DNA of 60,276 bases from Hydrolagus affinis (GCA_012026655.1 JAAILG010001905.1:1-60276), one strand, 5' to 3'; positions 25,901 through 40,900 are shown, numbered from the stretch's first letter. Notes: a model not told the origin generated them from the sequence alone. Program-made: numbers and translations.

Positions 25901-28900
25901 CTGACAGTTTGCCATCAATTCCTTGGATTCAGTGTTTTCAATAGCAACAGGACGATAAACACAGTGGATATGTGTAAGCAAGCCATGTAGACATAAAAAA
26001 GAGTGTAACAGCAACTTGTAATATTCGACCTGAAGAAGACTACAGTATTACCGAGAGTTGTAGAGTAGTGTGTTTAGCAACACGCTGTAAGACAGATCTG
26101 AGCATTAAGACAGAAGCAATGTGATAAGGCGCTATATCAAATGCAGTATTGTTGTCAAAGCTGAGCCAAACATATCTCTCCTCATTCAGCTGCCACCCAT
26201 TCACACTAACCACCGTCTTATACAGACAACGCTAGGCTGACCCCATACAGCTCCAGCTCAGATCAGCAAACTCAGCAGGGACCATGATTCGAAACCCGCA
26301 AGTTTCTGGTCTGTACGTTGCAGTTCTGTGTGAATAAGCCATCAGGGCTGGTAAACTTTATAAATATAGATATAGATATATATACTGTATATATATAGAT
26401 ATATATACTGTATATATATATATATAAAGAACAAAACAAGAAAGAAACACTATTTGCTTGGTTTGAGAATTAAACTTTAAATTTTGGATACCAATGCTAA
26501 CAATTTACCAAGGCTGATTAAAGTCAGGACAAGATTGCAGTGGGAAATGTTATTCGCAGAAGTCAACAGACACGTCGCCCTTGGCAAAGACAGTATCATT
26601 CTCGCTCAAGGCAATTTGTATTAGGCATTAATTCAGTTTAAAGATTTGAAAACTTTAAATGTGAAAACGAGGGGCCTGATATTCCAGTCGATAGTGTTCA
26701 ACCAAAAGCTGGCGTAAGTGAAATTGGAGTAGAAAGGTTGGGGTAGAAAGTATTACTGGTGTTACAGCTCCCTGCTTTGGTAGCATAGTGTTTCCATAGT
26801 TGGAGAGCTGTGTTTTTTCAATCCATTATTGAAAGAAAGTATAAAATATAAAAAACCCACAGATTCTGGTGCAGCCACGTTAAAAATGTGACCTTGTAGC
26901 AAATGTTCAAATAATTGTAAAATGATTTCCTTCGTATCTAAATCATACTGAAATTCAAAAGATGCAGGCGTATGCCTTGATTCAAGAGGTGAGAATGCTA
27001 CCAACTCTGCCAAGTTAACTGTGTATCCATTATAATGTAGCAAGTGAGGGCAGATAATAAAACTACTGTACATGTTTTATTTTCTGAAAATTCCTAGGTT
27101 TGGTGTGGAAGTATTTGTAAGAATATCAGTGTATTATGTAGGCAACGACTATCAATTTAAATAATGGCTCTATCTCCTACTTGAAATGGACCAGAAGATT
27201 CCCACAATACATTATACTGAAATGTACAACATGGAAAATTATTATACCGCCACTTCATAAGGCTTCAAGTACTAAAAGAGATTAATACTTTCAATAAACT
27301 GTTGTAATAGTGAATATTCATTGTTTTACTCTGAGAAATGGAGCACTCGCTATTACATCTTCAAAAAGAGTAAAATGAAAATGGAATATCTAATTCCGTT
27401 ATACTTCTGCCTGGACTCTCCGTAAATCTCGCTTCACTGACTCAGTCTAATAAATATGAAGGGTAGTCCATTTCCAGATCCCTTCATTATGTACAAAACT
27501 AAGGCATAGGAATTATTTTCACGGCCATAAAATCCTCAGTAAAAAAAAAACAGAAGTATTTTTTTAAATAAAAAAATTACTTTGTTCAAATGTTTCCAAT
27601 GTCTGATGTCAGAAAATCGATCACTTATTGCAGAACAAACACAAACCATAGTGTTCTCCAATGCCCTAATCAGTAAAGACACCAATTAGTGTGGCACAGA
27701 GCAATGGGTTTCAATCCTGACGTTGCTCAGTGTGGCAGATAGGGAGACTGCTGTCTATTTTAGTGTCCTGGGTTGGTATCCTGGATGGGTGGAGTGGGGG
27801 GTGGGTGTGGGGGTGGGGGGGAGACTACTGAGATTCCCTGACCAGGCATATAATAAACAATAATAATAACCCTTGCATTTGACATAGCATCTTATCACAT
27901 ATTCAAGACATCTCAAAGCACTTCACAGAGTTTGCATTTACCTACAATACACACACACACAGTCACTGCACAATAAATCCTATGAAGCACTTTAAGAAGT
28001 CTTGATAATATGATAAGGCACTGCATCCTATAGCAAGAATCAATATATTTTTAATTATTTATAGCTCCCAATTTCCTCATTCATATTTGGGGGTATATAA
28101 ACATCCACAAACAGTAATCGGGCTAATTATAGATCTAATACTACCCTAACACAAACTGAATTATAGTGTATGTTTCTGCAGCATTTTCTTATAACTGCCT
28201 CTTTTCTCAATGTTGTATATGTACAGAGCCATTCTTTATTTGTCCAGCTGGAAATCCATTGCTCGGCATCAAACACAAATCACAGCATAGCTCCCAGTTG
28301 CAAAAGTTTCAAAACCTTTCCAGTCTGATGTAAAAACTCCCCAGCTAGAAATTCAAACATTATTTCCCGCTCAGGAGCACAGCTCCATCGAAGAGAAAAA
28401 CAAATCACTCTCGCTCGGGAACACAGCTCTGACACACAAAAACAAAGCTGTACTTTGCTCACCAACCAATCCGCTGTACTCAGAAGTTGCCATCGAACTA
28501 ATCCCACCACCAATTGAGAGAGTTTTCAAAACTTAAAACAAGATGTCCAACTTGCGAAACCAACATTCATTGTAAGCCACTGGTTCTGTATTTCCATCCC
28601 TACATCGATCACTGTGAGCTACTTTTTACTCAACTGCTTTTATTCCAATTCTTCCAAATTCTTCACACTACCTGAACTTATTCCTAAAAGCGTTTGCATT
28701 GTCAACTCTTACATCGCCCTCGACATGTTATATGACCTGAAAGATAAGTTGATGAGCAGCCATAAATAATCTCGAGGAAAGAAACACAAATAGTTTTTAA
28801 AACAACTATATCTTTTGGTACACTATCGACAACAATAACCAAACACTTGCACTTATATAGCGTCCTCCACACAGGTAGTGACTCAGAGCGCTTAACAGTA

Positions 28901-31900
28901 GCAGAGCCTGACTCTGAGTGGTGGTGGGTGGGGGGGGGGAGGGAGGTTTCTTGGGGAAGGGAGGTGGGGATCAAGTGAGGGAGGTTGCCGTAAGCACGAT
29001 CGAAGAGAGAGGCGTTCTGGCGTGATTTGGAAAAAGCGGAGAAAGGGATTGAGGGAGAGTTCCACAGTTTGGGGGCGTAGTGGCTGAAAGCACGACCTCC
29101 GATGGTGGAGGCAGTAGGGAGGAGTCTCTTCCCTTCTCTCCCTCTCACACTCATTCCATGCCATTCCAAAAAATAATAAAGTTGGTCATTTCAATCCACA
29201 ACTGTTTGTGGGGCACTGTAATCCAGAATTGACTGCCGCGTTTCGCCCACAAATATACAGTCAATTCACCTTACCGCATCGTCTGTGAAGCGCTTTGAGA
29301 TATCTAGAAGATGTGAAAGCGCTATATCAAATGCAAGGATTATTATTATTATTATTAGGTGCCCAGGGGTGAAGCGATTTGAACACGAGTTTAAGAATCT
29401 TGACATCGAATGTTATCAAATTATCGTTTCAATATTACGGAGATAGTGCAGATTCTGGCATTAGAGTCATTTTTACAATTGTGCGATCTGTGTCGAAGTG
29501 ACAAAGTTGTTCGGAGTCTGGAATTCCTTTGAGCTTCAGTCCCCTCAAAATGGGAAAGACACATGATATGCGCAGACGTGAAATAGCCTCCACCAAAAAA
29601 AAATGCATCGAGTTCATTGTCCAAAAGTGCCTTTTCTGCTGCTACACAAACATTTACAGATGCTCTTAATTGCTAACTGTAATTTATTGCTCATTCTGCA
29701 CCCAATTCAGGAACTCTAATTGCAATACTCTCCTCATTATAATGTACTTTTGATTGGCTGCAAAATAACATGTTATGATGGGAGCATTCCATCAAAATAT
29801 AAAAAATATTGAAATTTTTGAAACCTCTTTGCTGTTATACAGAAATCAATATAAAGGAGATTTCAGTAAGAGTGTAAAAGAGGCAAACAATCATTTCACC
29901 CAAAAAAGCAATTACTTATTTACCAGCAATAATCATTCTCCTCAATGCATTACCTTCAAATTCTTGTGTGATTAAATATTTACCGATTGACGTAAATGGG
30001 AGACAATTTGCTCAGTTCAGACTGCTTTTAGTTATGGCTACCTTATGTCATGATAATTAAACACCTAGAAATCATGTAATCAGAAATCATTTTCAGTTTA
30101 ACTTTCATTCAACACAAACAGGCAGCAGGGAAATAGAACTAGTATCATTCATACATTTTCTGAAAGATAAACAATGTTACCTGAAGGTTGAGTAGTGTGA
30201 GCAGAATACGCAAGCTCTTTATACAATTCTGTATAAAGTTACTGGGTGGGTGAAAGAAATAATATTAATAATAATAATCCTTGCATTTGATATAGCACCC
30301 CTTTTCACCCCTTCTAGACATCTCAAATGTTTCACAGAATATACTGTAAAGTGAATTGACTGTATATTTGTGGGCTAAATGCGGCAGCCAATTGCACACA
30401 GCAGTGTCCCAAACAGTCGTGGATTGAAATGACAAATTTATGATTTTTTTTTGAGGGATTATTATTAAGAAAGGGACAAAAGCAAGGAATTTGAAGAAAT
30501 GTGGAATTTCTAAAGGAGCCCCTTGATACTGACAACACCAAATAAGGGGAAATAAATTGTGTAGGGTGATGCATAATTGCTTACCATTACCAATTGCACA
30601 CCACTGCAATTTACACCAATTCAATGTTCACTGTTCAACCGTTACCCGTCTTAAAATGCAGTGATTAGTAAAAGAAAATCAAACCAGCCTGAGGCTTAAA
30701 TGCTGTACATGATACTGAAAACTTCAATAATTTCGTGCAGATCTGCACGAAACATTGACTGACCATGGCTTTCAACAACACAGTCGCCTCTGATCTTCAC
30801 TCTCTCTACAGTCATAATCAAACCAAAAAAAAAGTGACATCTTGGACACGTAATGAACCATCTACCTTAATTCTTTCTTTGGTGAGAGTTTGCATTGGGT
30901 TTGGGGGCGCAGATCACCCGCTCCGGAACCAGACTTCAAATGCCCATTTCCTCTCTTTATTGACGCATTATTCGGATCGCTTCGGTAATCGCTATCTACG
31001 TCCTCACTGGTGCTATCTGTGGGAGCTGTGATGAAACAGAAATGTGAAGGTGAAACGATTGCGTTAACCAAATATTGGAATGATAATCCTTGCATTTAAT
31101 ATTCCATCGTTCCCATCGGGACAAGGTCTCAAAGCGCCTCACTGGATTCAATGAGAAGTGCAGTGGCTGTATGCGAATTTAAACATTGTGTCACAAATTG
31201 CCATAAAGCGAAGTTAAATATATGTCTTTAGGAGGAGAGAATTCAATAACGATTTCAAGCAAAAAGCCCTTTGGACTTTGTGGGCTGTATTCAGACCCAC
31301 TGATCTTTGGCTTCAAGTGACAAAATTCTTCAAAAGAACTATATTCCACCAATGGAACCGAACAGAAATAACATATAAACTACAAAAGCAAAATGCTGCA
31401 TGACAAAATACCGTACAATACTGCAATGCCCCCTGGAGGCTTTATGAAGAACTTCTGGTATGATATGATAGCATAAAATCATTAATGCTCACTCACCCAA
31501 AGTAAGCAACTGATCTGCACTCTCACCTTCCCATTGTAGGCTTTTATGTGGTACCACCCTGAGGCTTTTTACACCATTGAGGGTATTGCTTCCATGCATT
31601 ATTTTACATTAACATGATTTTTGTGCCACAAGAACATGTCTTTAAGGTAAGTATTGCCTAATCCTACAAAGTTTGCCAGCGTTAATGATCGACAGGTTCC
31701 CTCAGTATTTACATAATATATATTTTATATATAAAAATGGTCCATCATTATATCAAACTCTGTGAAGGTTTAGTTCGAGTTGAAAAAGAGGTGTGAGAGT
31801 GAGATGCGTTTTACTTTATGGTTAGTTATTAACTACATACTTACAACTCTGAGAGTCCAGTAAAAACAACTGGTTCTGGACAGCACCATTTTTAGAACAG

Positions 31901-34900
31901 ATAACCTTGTCATTTTTTTCCTGGAAAGTGAAAAGCAAATTCATTGTAATACCTTCACGCAAGATAGAAGAGCACCAACGGTTAACAAAACAGTAAAGTC
32001 TCAAAGGAATCGAATGAAGTATTGACTTTGCAAAAACAACAACAAATGTTGTGTAGTGCCTTTCAGTCAGGAGGACATCCCAAGGAGCTGGACAGTTGGG
32101 GATTTGGCCAAAAAAGGGGAGTAAAGTTTGAAACCAACAAAGGTAACAAAGTAAATTAACCTTATTCTGGTCACTGATGCGTCCGCAACATGATCATTGT
32201 GTCTCAGATGAAGGGATCGCGAACATTCCCTTGACCAACATACCTGTTCAATTTGAATGTTTATATCCTTAAGGCGCTTTATTAAGTTTTGAGCTTCATC
32301 CTCTGGGATTTCTAAGAAGTAAAACAAGAGAGTCACATTATTTTCTCTTGTAAAACAGTCACATAACAAAAGGTGCTTGGTAGAAATGTTATTACGTTTA
32401 ACAGTGGAAGCGAACAGAATTGATATCAATAATAGAAATCTTCAATACCCTTCTTTTAATGGATTATATAATTCAGCCACCCAAGATCTTGGCAAGATTC
32501 ACAAAAGTTGATTAGAATTATTGATAACCAATTTTTAACCCTTAGAATGGTGGTAAGTCTACAGTGAATCACATCTCGGCTTAAACAACATAGCTCTACG
32601 TATTGATAAATCCAATATTAAAGGAAATATCTCCTCCACAAACTATTCCCAGCTTAAGTTTCCTCATCATTGTACTTGTTTTTCCTGGGCTCGCAGTTCC
32701 TACTCTCACCTCCAGCCCCATCTCCAGCGCTCACTTGCCTCCCTAATCCCATAGGATGTCATCGTTCTGTGAGAAACTTGGCTTCAGTTACGACAGGCCT
32801 TTACATTGCATTCAGCTAATTTTCTCACCTTCTGTCGAACCAACTACCATTCTTGGTCCCCATATTCAACCTCTCCCTTTCCTCAGAAACGCTCCCTTAC
32901 TCATTTCAAAACTTCTTAAAGCAGGTATCTTTTCAACTAACTACCTCCCCAGCTCTAAATGTTTTTGCCAAGGCATCAGCAACACCATTGGTGAGCTATA
33001 TGCTCACCCCTCACCATTCGCTTTTTAAGACATGCCAATCCTTATTTGTATTTGTGATTAATGCTTGATATTGCTTTTTAGAATCATCAAATGGTGTAAT
33101 TTTTCAATTGACCCTGTGTTTAATGTGGTCAAGGTGCTTTTTGTGGCTTGGTTAAAAGCCATCAAAGCCTGTTTCCAGTATTGGGTGGATGTTGCTTTGT
33201 ACAGAGATGTATGCAAAGCAGATAGATGGGCAGATGACTCAGGAACGGTCAGAGGAATACAATATCTAATGAAAGATCATGTAAGTTTAGCTAAAATCTG
33301 TTGAGCCACTAGATAAGCAAATATCAACAGAACCAAAGAACATCAGCGCAAATGTCCCACAGCAGAGTAGAAGATTAATCGTGAGAGACAGGAAATCCAT
33401 TTTGATTGGATCACAAAGCATCATTAATCTCTCTAATGACTACTATTCCACATCTCACGGCAAGTTATTTGGACACATTCATCAAGCTTGTTACAATGAG
33501 TACTTCACCAAGAATGTTATTATTTTGATTACTGGCAGATATTTTTAATTGCTTGACTCTGTTTGATGAGAAGCCAATGCTTCAAGCATTAGCTCAATTT
33601 AAAACTAGAATATCTTTAAAAGAACATTTATTCACTGCAAAATATCTTTTACTCCTCTCTATCTCTTCAAAGTCATCGTGTGTTGCAGAAAAATGTTCTA
33701 TAAATAGCTTTATCTAGCATGAATTTGAGATGAAGTATTCATCAATAAATTGGAAACTAGAACATTATTTTAAACTTCTCTCTTTGCTTACACAAAGATT
33801 ATACTGCTTAAAGTAAATTCACTATGCCTCCAGAATAACAACAAAATTGGGAATCCCAAATTAAGCGTACAGCTCCAAAATTATTTTCCTTTGTGTAGGT
33901 GAATATGCATAATATAATCCTTCCATTGGATATTTTGCCTTATCACATCTTCGAGATATCCCAAAGCGCTTCACAAGAAAATACTGTAAAGTGGAGTGAC
34001 TGTGTATGTTGTGCGCGGATGGATGTGCGTGTATGTGAATCGAGCCCTGCCCAATTGAGAGCATGTGAAAAGCTCTGCTAACTCTGGCCAAATGCCTGTC
34101 AGTTTTCAACATTATTAGAAAAAGATGGTCACATTAAATTAGCCTCTTAAATGTTCTTGGCCAGTGCGTTGACCTTTCAAGAGACTACATTCATCAGAGA
34201 TTGGATCAATTTGCACCATTCCACAAGATGGTTTGCCAAACAGGTTCACGGTTGATTTCTTCTGCTTTTCACGTCCCAAACGCAAATGAAAACTCGGCCC
34301 AAAAAGAATCTGCCCTTTTTCAAGACTGAAGCCATCTGTATATATGTATTATTGAGTATCATTGTAGGTGTTAGGCATTTGAGAATCAAGCCATTTCTTA
34401 TATCGTCCTGTAGCTCAGTGGTTGGAGCACTCGCCTTACAAGAGTGAGACCTGTGTTTCGAATCCAGGCAGGTCAGGGCTAAACCTTGGGTAGGTTTCCT
34501 TACTCCACACGCCTAATAATAATCCATCCAAAAAAACCCTACAATAAATTGTTCATTTCAATCCATGACTTTTTAATGGGACACTGCTGTGCGCAATTGG
34601 CTGCCGTGTTTTACCCACAAATATACAGTTAATTCACTTTACAGTACATTCTGTGAAGCGCTTTGAGCATCTAGAAAATGTGAAAAGCACTGTATTAAAT
34701 GGAAGGATTATTATCATATTATCATTAGTAGCTTTTCACATACCAAACATAAATCAAACTCATTCAGCAGAATAAATCTCAAACAGTATATTATTTGATT
34801 GAAAACAAACCTTACCGGCAGGTAATTCAAAGTATATATCTAATAGGATTTTGTGAAGTGTTGGATTTTCTGCTCCACAAATCTCATCGTTTTTCACAAG

Positions 34901-37900
34901 AACTTCAGAATTCAAAATCCACCAATCCCCAAGTCCTTCCTAAAAATAAGTATATTATTATATAACGTTAACACTGAATTTGCTGTACTTAAGTGCCCTT
35001 TTGATTTGACAAATTCTGCTGGAAAAGGCATTGCAAAAAAAACAAAACTGCTTTATAAGTTTTAACACAATAGTTAAAAGTGTTAACTCAGTGTGTGGCA
35101 AGTTTCACAGACGATAACATCTCCTTACATGAAATTTATACTACATATTGGAGTGCATTTCAAAACATATTTATACCATGAATTGGATTCTTATGTCTGA
35201 ATTGCAAGGGACAACTTTAAAGAAAGTGTTTTAGAGATGAACAAAGAACCATGTGTCACTAAATTACACAGTAATTTAAGATGAAACTCTATTTGATACC
35301 TTTTCTCTGACAAATTAGTGTGTAAGACACAAAAAACTGGTCTTGTGGATATAAACAAAAAAGATTAAGAAACAAAAACACTCCGTGACGTTTACCTCAG
35401 TTGAGTAGTTGATTGTTCTAAGGGGAATCCATGCAGTTCCTAGTAGTGTGTCCCATATTAAGCCTTTGTCCCAGACTTCGACAACAAGACCCTTGTCTAA
35501 GTCGCTTATCTCACTGAACAAGAAAGAGAAATACAGCATATATGAAATCACACATTTTAAAAATTAAAGTCCAAATAACACATCAATTTATGCTTGAAAT
35601 GACCGGCAAACTTTCAAAACATCACACTTTCCTTTCGCCACGCACCCTCACAGACCCTAACATCCAAATCTATGATCAAAGGCGCGTTCTTCTGCAAATG
35701 AAACTAATTTTGGGAGATAATCAGAGATTCAGCATTCAAGTTGTTCGAGCCAGGACACAAAGACTGTGCCACTGAAAACATGAAAACTTACAGGACAGAA
35801 AGAAGCCATTTGGCTCATCGGTGTTGGCTCTCTGAAACAACAACAACAAAATTGCACTTATATAGCGCCTTTCACGTCAGGAAGACGTCCCAAAGCGCTG
35901 AAAGAGCTATCATATAATCCAATACGCCAGCCTTTTCCTCACACCCATTCACATTTCCACAATGATCTCTGAAAGCAATACCAATAATGAAGCTTTGCAC
36001 ACGGCTCCGCCAGACTGTTGCCCTTTGTGTCCGGACGTTTGAACGCAGTTGTTTAACCAGATTTGTCAGAAGGTTGAAGTCACGAGAAGTTTGTTTGCTG
36101 ATCCTCCCATACAACTACCAGCCACCAAGATCAGTTCACGGTATAAGTATCCTCCTTAGCTTTGCTCCACTCCACATTAGTATGTGATTGTTCGACTGGT
36201 TGTAAAGGTCCCAAGTGACGTAAATTTAAGCGGTTCTAACCTGATAGGCATTGCTCCCCAGCACAGAATTGCCCTTAATCCACCACTGAGTTGGTAATTT
36301 AATTCACAGTCTAAAGATCATTGTTGTAAGAAAGGAGAGATTTACACGGGCACAGCTGTGAATGCTCTGAGATTGATAGTTACATCACGTAATTGAGAGG
36401 GAGAGAGAGAGAGTGAGAGAGAGAGCGCACAGAGGAAGCTTTGCTGTGTGTCTTGGTCAAGATGCAATTGATGTCTAAAAGGCAAAGAGTGTTCTCTTTC
36501 CCAGCTTGGAAAATAAATAATTGATAACATTTTTGAGAACATACTTCTACTGTATTATAACACAGAAAGGCAATCAAAATGGCTTGGGATGATAATGGTG
36601 TTCCAATAGAAGAACTCTTATACACACAATAATAATCCTTGCATTTGATATAGCACCTTGTCACATCATCGAGGCATCTCAAAGCGCGTCACCGAATAAA
36701 TAAACTGTCAAGTGAATTGACTGTATATTTTTGTGGGCGAAACAAATATATACCAAACCTGGGAAGAGGTGACTTGTGGCTGAAACTGTGGTGTCATATC
36801 GATTACCCAATGTGTCAAAATTAAGTGATAAAGGTGTATCGAATGCAAGGGCTCTTTATTTTCTGCGGTAATAAAGCACAATGATATGCTTTTAAAAAAA
36901 ACATACAACATGTAATCTTGTTCCCACTGAGGTTCATTTCCTCGTCTTGCCACGGTGGTGCTCGTCAGTTTTTGAACCTTTAGAGTTACGTACGTGTTAA
37001 ACTTGTCTGGAAAATAATAAGAATGTTATACACACAGGATATTGTAAATTATCATTCCCAAGGTAAAAGGAGACAGAATGCTACTGTATAGAAGTTTGCA
37101 GCTGCCTGTGGCATTGGAAAGCAACAACAACAATTTGGATTTATATGGATTTATATAGCGTCCTCCATGCCGGACGACGTCTCAGAGCTTAAAGCAGCAT
37201 TCGGAATATAATAATAATAATGATAATAATCCTTGCATTTGATATAGCGCTTTTCACGTCTTTGAGACGTCTCAAAGCGCTGCACAAAATATACTGTAAA
37301 GTTAATTGACCATATATTTGTGGGCGAAACGCATCAGCCAATTGCGCATAGCAGTGTCCCACAAACAGTCGTGGATTGTTGCATTGTTGCATGTTGTGTT
37401 ATATACTCATTATATATGTGACCTCTGATATACAGAAAAAACAGAAACCACTGCAAATGGTCAGAGAGACCCGGTCGTCAGCTACCTGAGCACATGTACT
37501 ATAGCACACAGGAATAGTGTTAAGCACAAACTAGATTTACAATTTAGGAATCTAAACCAACAATAGAGTACATCTTTTGTCAACAACGCTTTGAAATGCA
37601 TTGTTCCTCATCTGAGAGTTGAACTTGTGCATTATTTAGTGCCTGAGCCGCCTATTTCTGCTTCACTTCATCTTGGCTCATAGATTCTTTTCAATGACTT
37701 CCGTATAGAGTGGAGTCTGTTATAAGGTGGTAATACGGGTGGGAGAGAAGGACGTCATATTATATCCATCAGCGCATTAACGACCAACTAGAACAACAAC
37801 AACAAAATTACATCAGGGTGTGATCGCTGGTCAGTATTTTTGTCGGCTCCATCTATGCTTCAGACATGTCGAAAGGTTTGCAAAAAGGAGAATTTATCAC

Positions 37901-40900
37901 ATTTAAATTCCAGTTATCCACAAGATAAGTTAATTGTTCTGGTGCTTATTACAAGTGCTTAGTGAGTCCCCTTTCATTATTCCACATTCCTCAATGTGCT
38001 TATTCTGTCCTCCTTCAGAAAGGCCTCCTAATGTTTTACCTCCTGCAGATCATTTATAAATTAGTATAACATTTTCCTTCTCCCAGTTCAAGGTCATTAT
38101 TCTGCACCAACTCCATCAACATATCCGATTTCATTAGTCACTTCCTTAGCAACTTGATGCAGATAAATTCGGTGACTTGTTTTTTTTTGGATAGGAGTAA
38201 ATTATTCACTCCATTTTTGACACATCATGCATCAAAATATCTTTGGAAAAAAAATCTCACTGACCAAAAAAAAGACACGGAATCAGAATTCACCTGCAAT
38301 ATTTGGAAATAAACTTTCGATCTTTGGCGAAATTAAGCAGAATGATCCACTCCATAATGCAAGAGTAGAAAAAAGAAGTTCAGTTCAACATGGCGGGCTG
38401 AATCATAAGTAAAACAGGCGTACAAATGGCCAATCAGATAATGTATCTAGAGTTTACTTGCAGATTTTAGAAACTAAGCTGTAATTGTCCTTCCCATCAA
38501 CCCTGTATACACAGCAGATACTGCAAATGGGAATTATTTTTCAACAAACATCAATCTGTGCAGGATCCCCACTACTCCTGATATGTGTTGGCTTCTACAG
38601 CAGGAGATAGATGAGATGAACTGCATAGGTATAACAAATTACTTTCAGCACATCAATATTCACTGCCATTTTAAAACAAGTCCTTTTTGAAAGGTTTTCA
38701 GCTGCGGCTATTGTGTACCCAGATCCTGTCCATTAGAAGCCAAATGCAAATTCTCATTGAATCCCCAAAGGTGCCGTGCATATTATAAAAGGAACTATAG
38801 TACTTGTATTCAGAACAAGTATTGATCTGGGGTTTTATTTGGCAAATTGCCCCAGCTAAATTTTGAAACTTTGAAATCAATAGCATGCGGGCTAAGACTT
38901 CCATTGGGAAACATAACTTCCAATTCGTTTTACTTTTATGCTCAGTACAAAGAAAATAAAAACAATTATCTTCTATCTCAACATTTTATTCAAATTAATG
39001 TATAACGCACACATACAAATTGGGACACCGCTGTGCGCAATTGGCTGAAACAATTCACATCGATGCATAGGTAGTTTCCACAGGTTTGGAGGTTATAAAA
39101 TTCTGCACGAAGATGGAATCTCGGTTAGAGATTTCGCAATAGGTGCGAAAAGAATGAAGAATTTACAAAAATAGATCTTTGTTAGTGTAAAGTGCTCGTA
39201 TAGATTTTTCAATTTCAAACTGGACACACAACTCCAGAACTTTGATATATTGTATGTTTTACCCGTAAAAACAAATATTGGCATTCAGTAAAAGAAAGGT
39301 GAAAAGGTGAGAAAGAGATAAAGAAAACTCTTACCAGATGGACCATTCAGCTTTGCTCTTTTAACTGGAAAAATGAAACAACTGTTAGTACATCGCAGTT
39401 CTGTCAAGCATTTTTTCCAGATGGTCATTCCGTTCTTTGATTCAGTTATTAATTTTAGATTTCATCTGTTTTGTGATACAGATGGGCGGGCCTGCCAACA
39501 CTATTCCAATAATTCATACAATCACCAACATTACAATTTACATAGCACCTTTCACATCAGGGGGACATCTCAAATTGCTGCACATATAGATAGCTCACGA
39601 TCCTGATTTGATTTCACCGTGATCAGCCCATTCATCACAGTTCCAATGAATTCCTTCCATTGCCACCAAGCACACTGCGCCTTTTTAAATTTGGAAAAGG
39701 TGTGGGGGGAGAGGTTAAGAAGGTTGGTTCAAAATTTTAATAACTGTTTCACACAACTGCAAGACCCTAGGATAGATTCAAAACAACAACTTCGATTTAT
39801 CTAGCGCTCTCCACACCGGACGGTGTCTCAGAGCGCTTCACAATAGCGGATCCCGGGACCGAGCCAGGGGCAGGGGTAGAAAGGTGACCAAAAGCACGGT
39901 CGAAGAGAAAGGTCTTCAGCTGGGACCTGAAACTGAGAAAAGAGGGGGCGGGGTGAAGGGAGTGAGGGAGGGAATTCCAGAGCCTCGGGCCGGCTGAAGG
40001 CCCGGACGCCAAGGATGGAGCGGAGGATTCGGGGGGACATGGAGGGGACAGACCCAGTAGAGAGCGAAGGCAATGGGAGCTGGTTTGAGGAGAGAGGAGG
40101 TCAGAGAGGTAGGGGGGGGTGCAGAGGACTGGAGGGATTTGAAAACAAGGGTGAGGATCTTGAAGTCGATCCTCTCGGGGATAGGGAGCCAGTGAAGTCT
40201 GGCACTGGGATAATGGGGGAGTGAAGTTTGGTGCGGGTGAGATTCACCAATACTTCAGTAGAGTTTAGTCATTCATTGAAGCGAACCAACCAAATTACAA
40301 ATAACGCTCCCACTGCTGGTTTACTCCTTTTGCTATTTTTGACGTTTCCTAATTTTCCTTCGCAAAAGTCTTTCAATTAAAGTGATGGGAATATTTATTC
40401 ATGCGTGGCATCTGTCCCAAATTAACTTAAGATGCACTCAGCCGCCCGCATTGCATTCCTGCTTTTCAACTGTCCATTAACACTTGCACAGGTTTTCTTT
40501 TGCACATTGTCTTAAGTAACGGAAACCAATGAATGAAAGTAATCAAGAAAATAAGCTTTGCGTTCATTATCATTAATATTTAATGGATTGACTTGGGAAC
40601 TTTATGGGAAGGGGAAAAAATGCTTTGGCTGAGCAGCTACAGCTAAAGAGAGTAAATTTCGACTCTGCATTCCCGCACTCTCTGAAACCCTGGAGTTGGT
40701 TGAATAATGCCATCAGAACTGTATCAAGAGTTGCATAAATTTTGGCACCTCACAAACAGAGGTACCTGAATCCATTACTTTGATTGCAGGAAGCAGTTCA
40801 TCAAAATTCTGTGTTTACCATTTGACACTTAAATGAATGAGGGCAAATGTAAAAATGTCACCATACAGGTTTACACCAGAACGAAAGCTGAGTCATTATA

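Noticed and set aside
28702-29169. 155-aa minus-strand ORF
   Set aside because: Derived from a LINE2 3' end (GGRAFS..APKLWNS) plus low-complexity UTR.
34405-34475. tRNA gene (A/B boxes, anticodon-like loop); also at 10244, 45066, 11257 and 59948
   Set aside because: Each runs directly into the SINE body and tail and lacks a proper acceptor stem. These are SINE heads.
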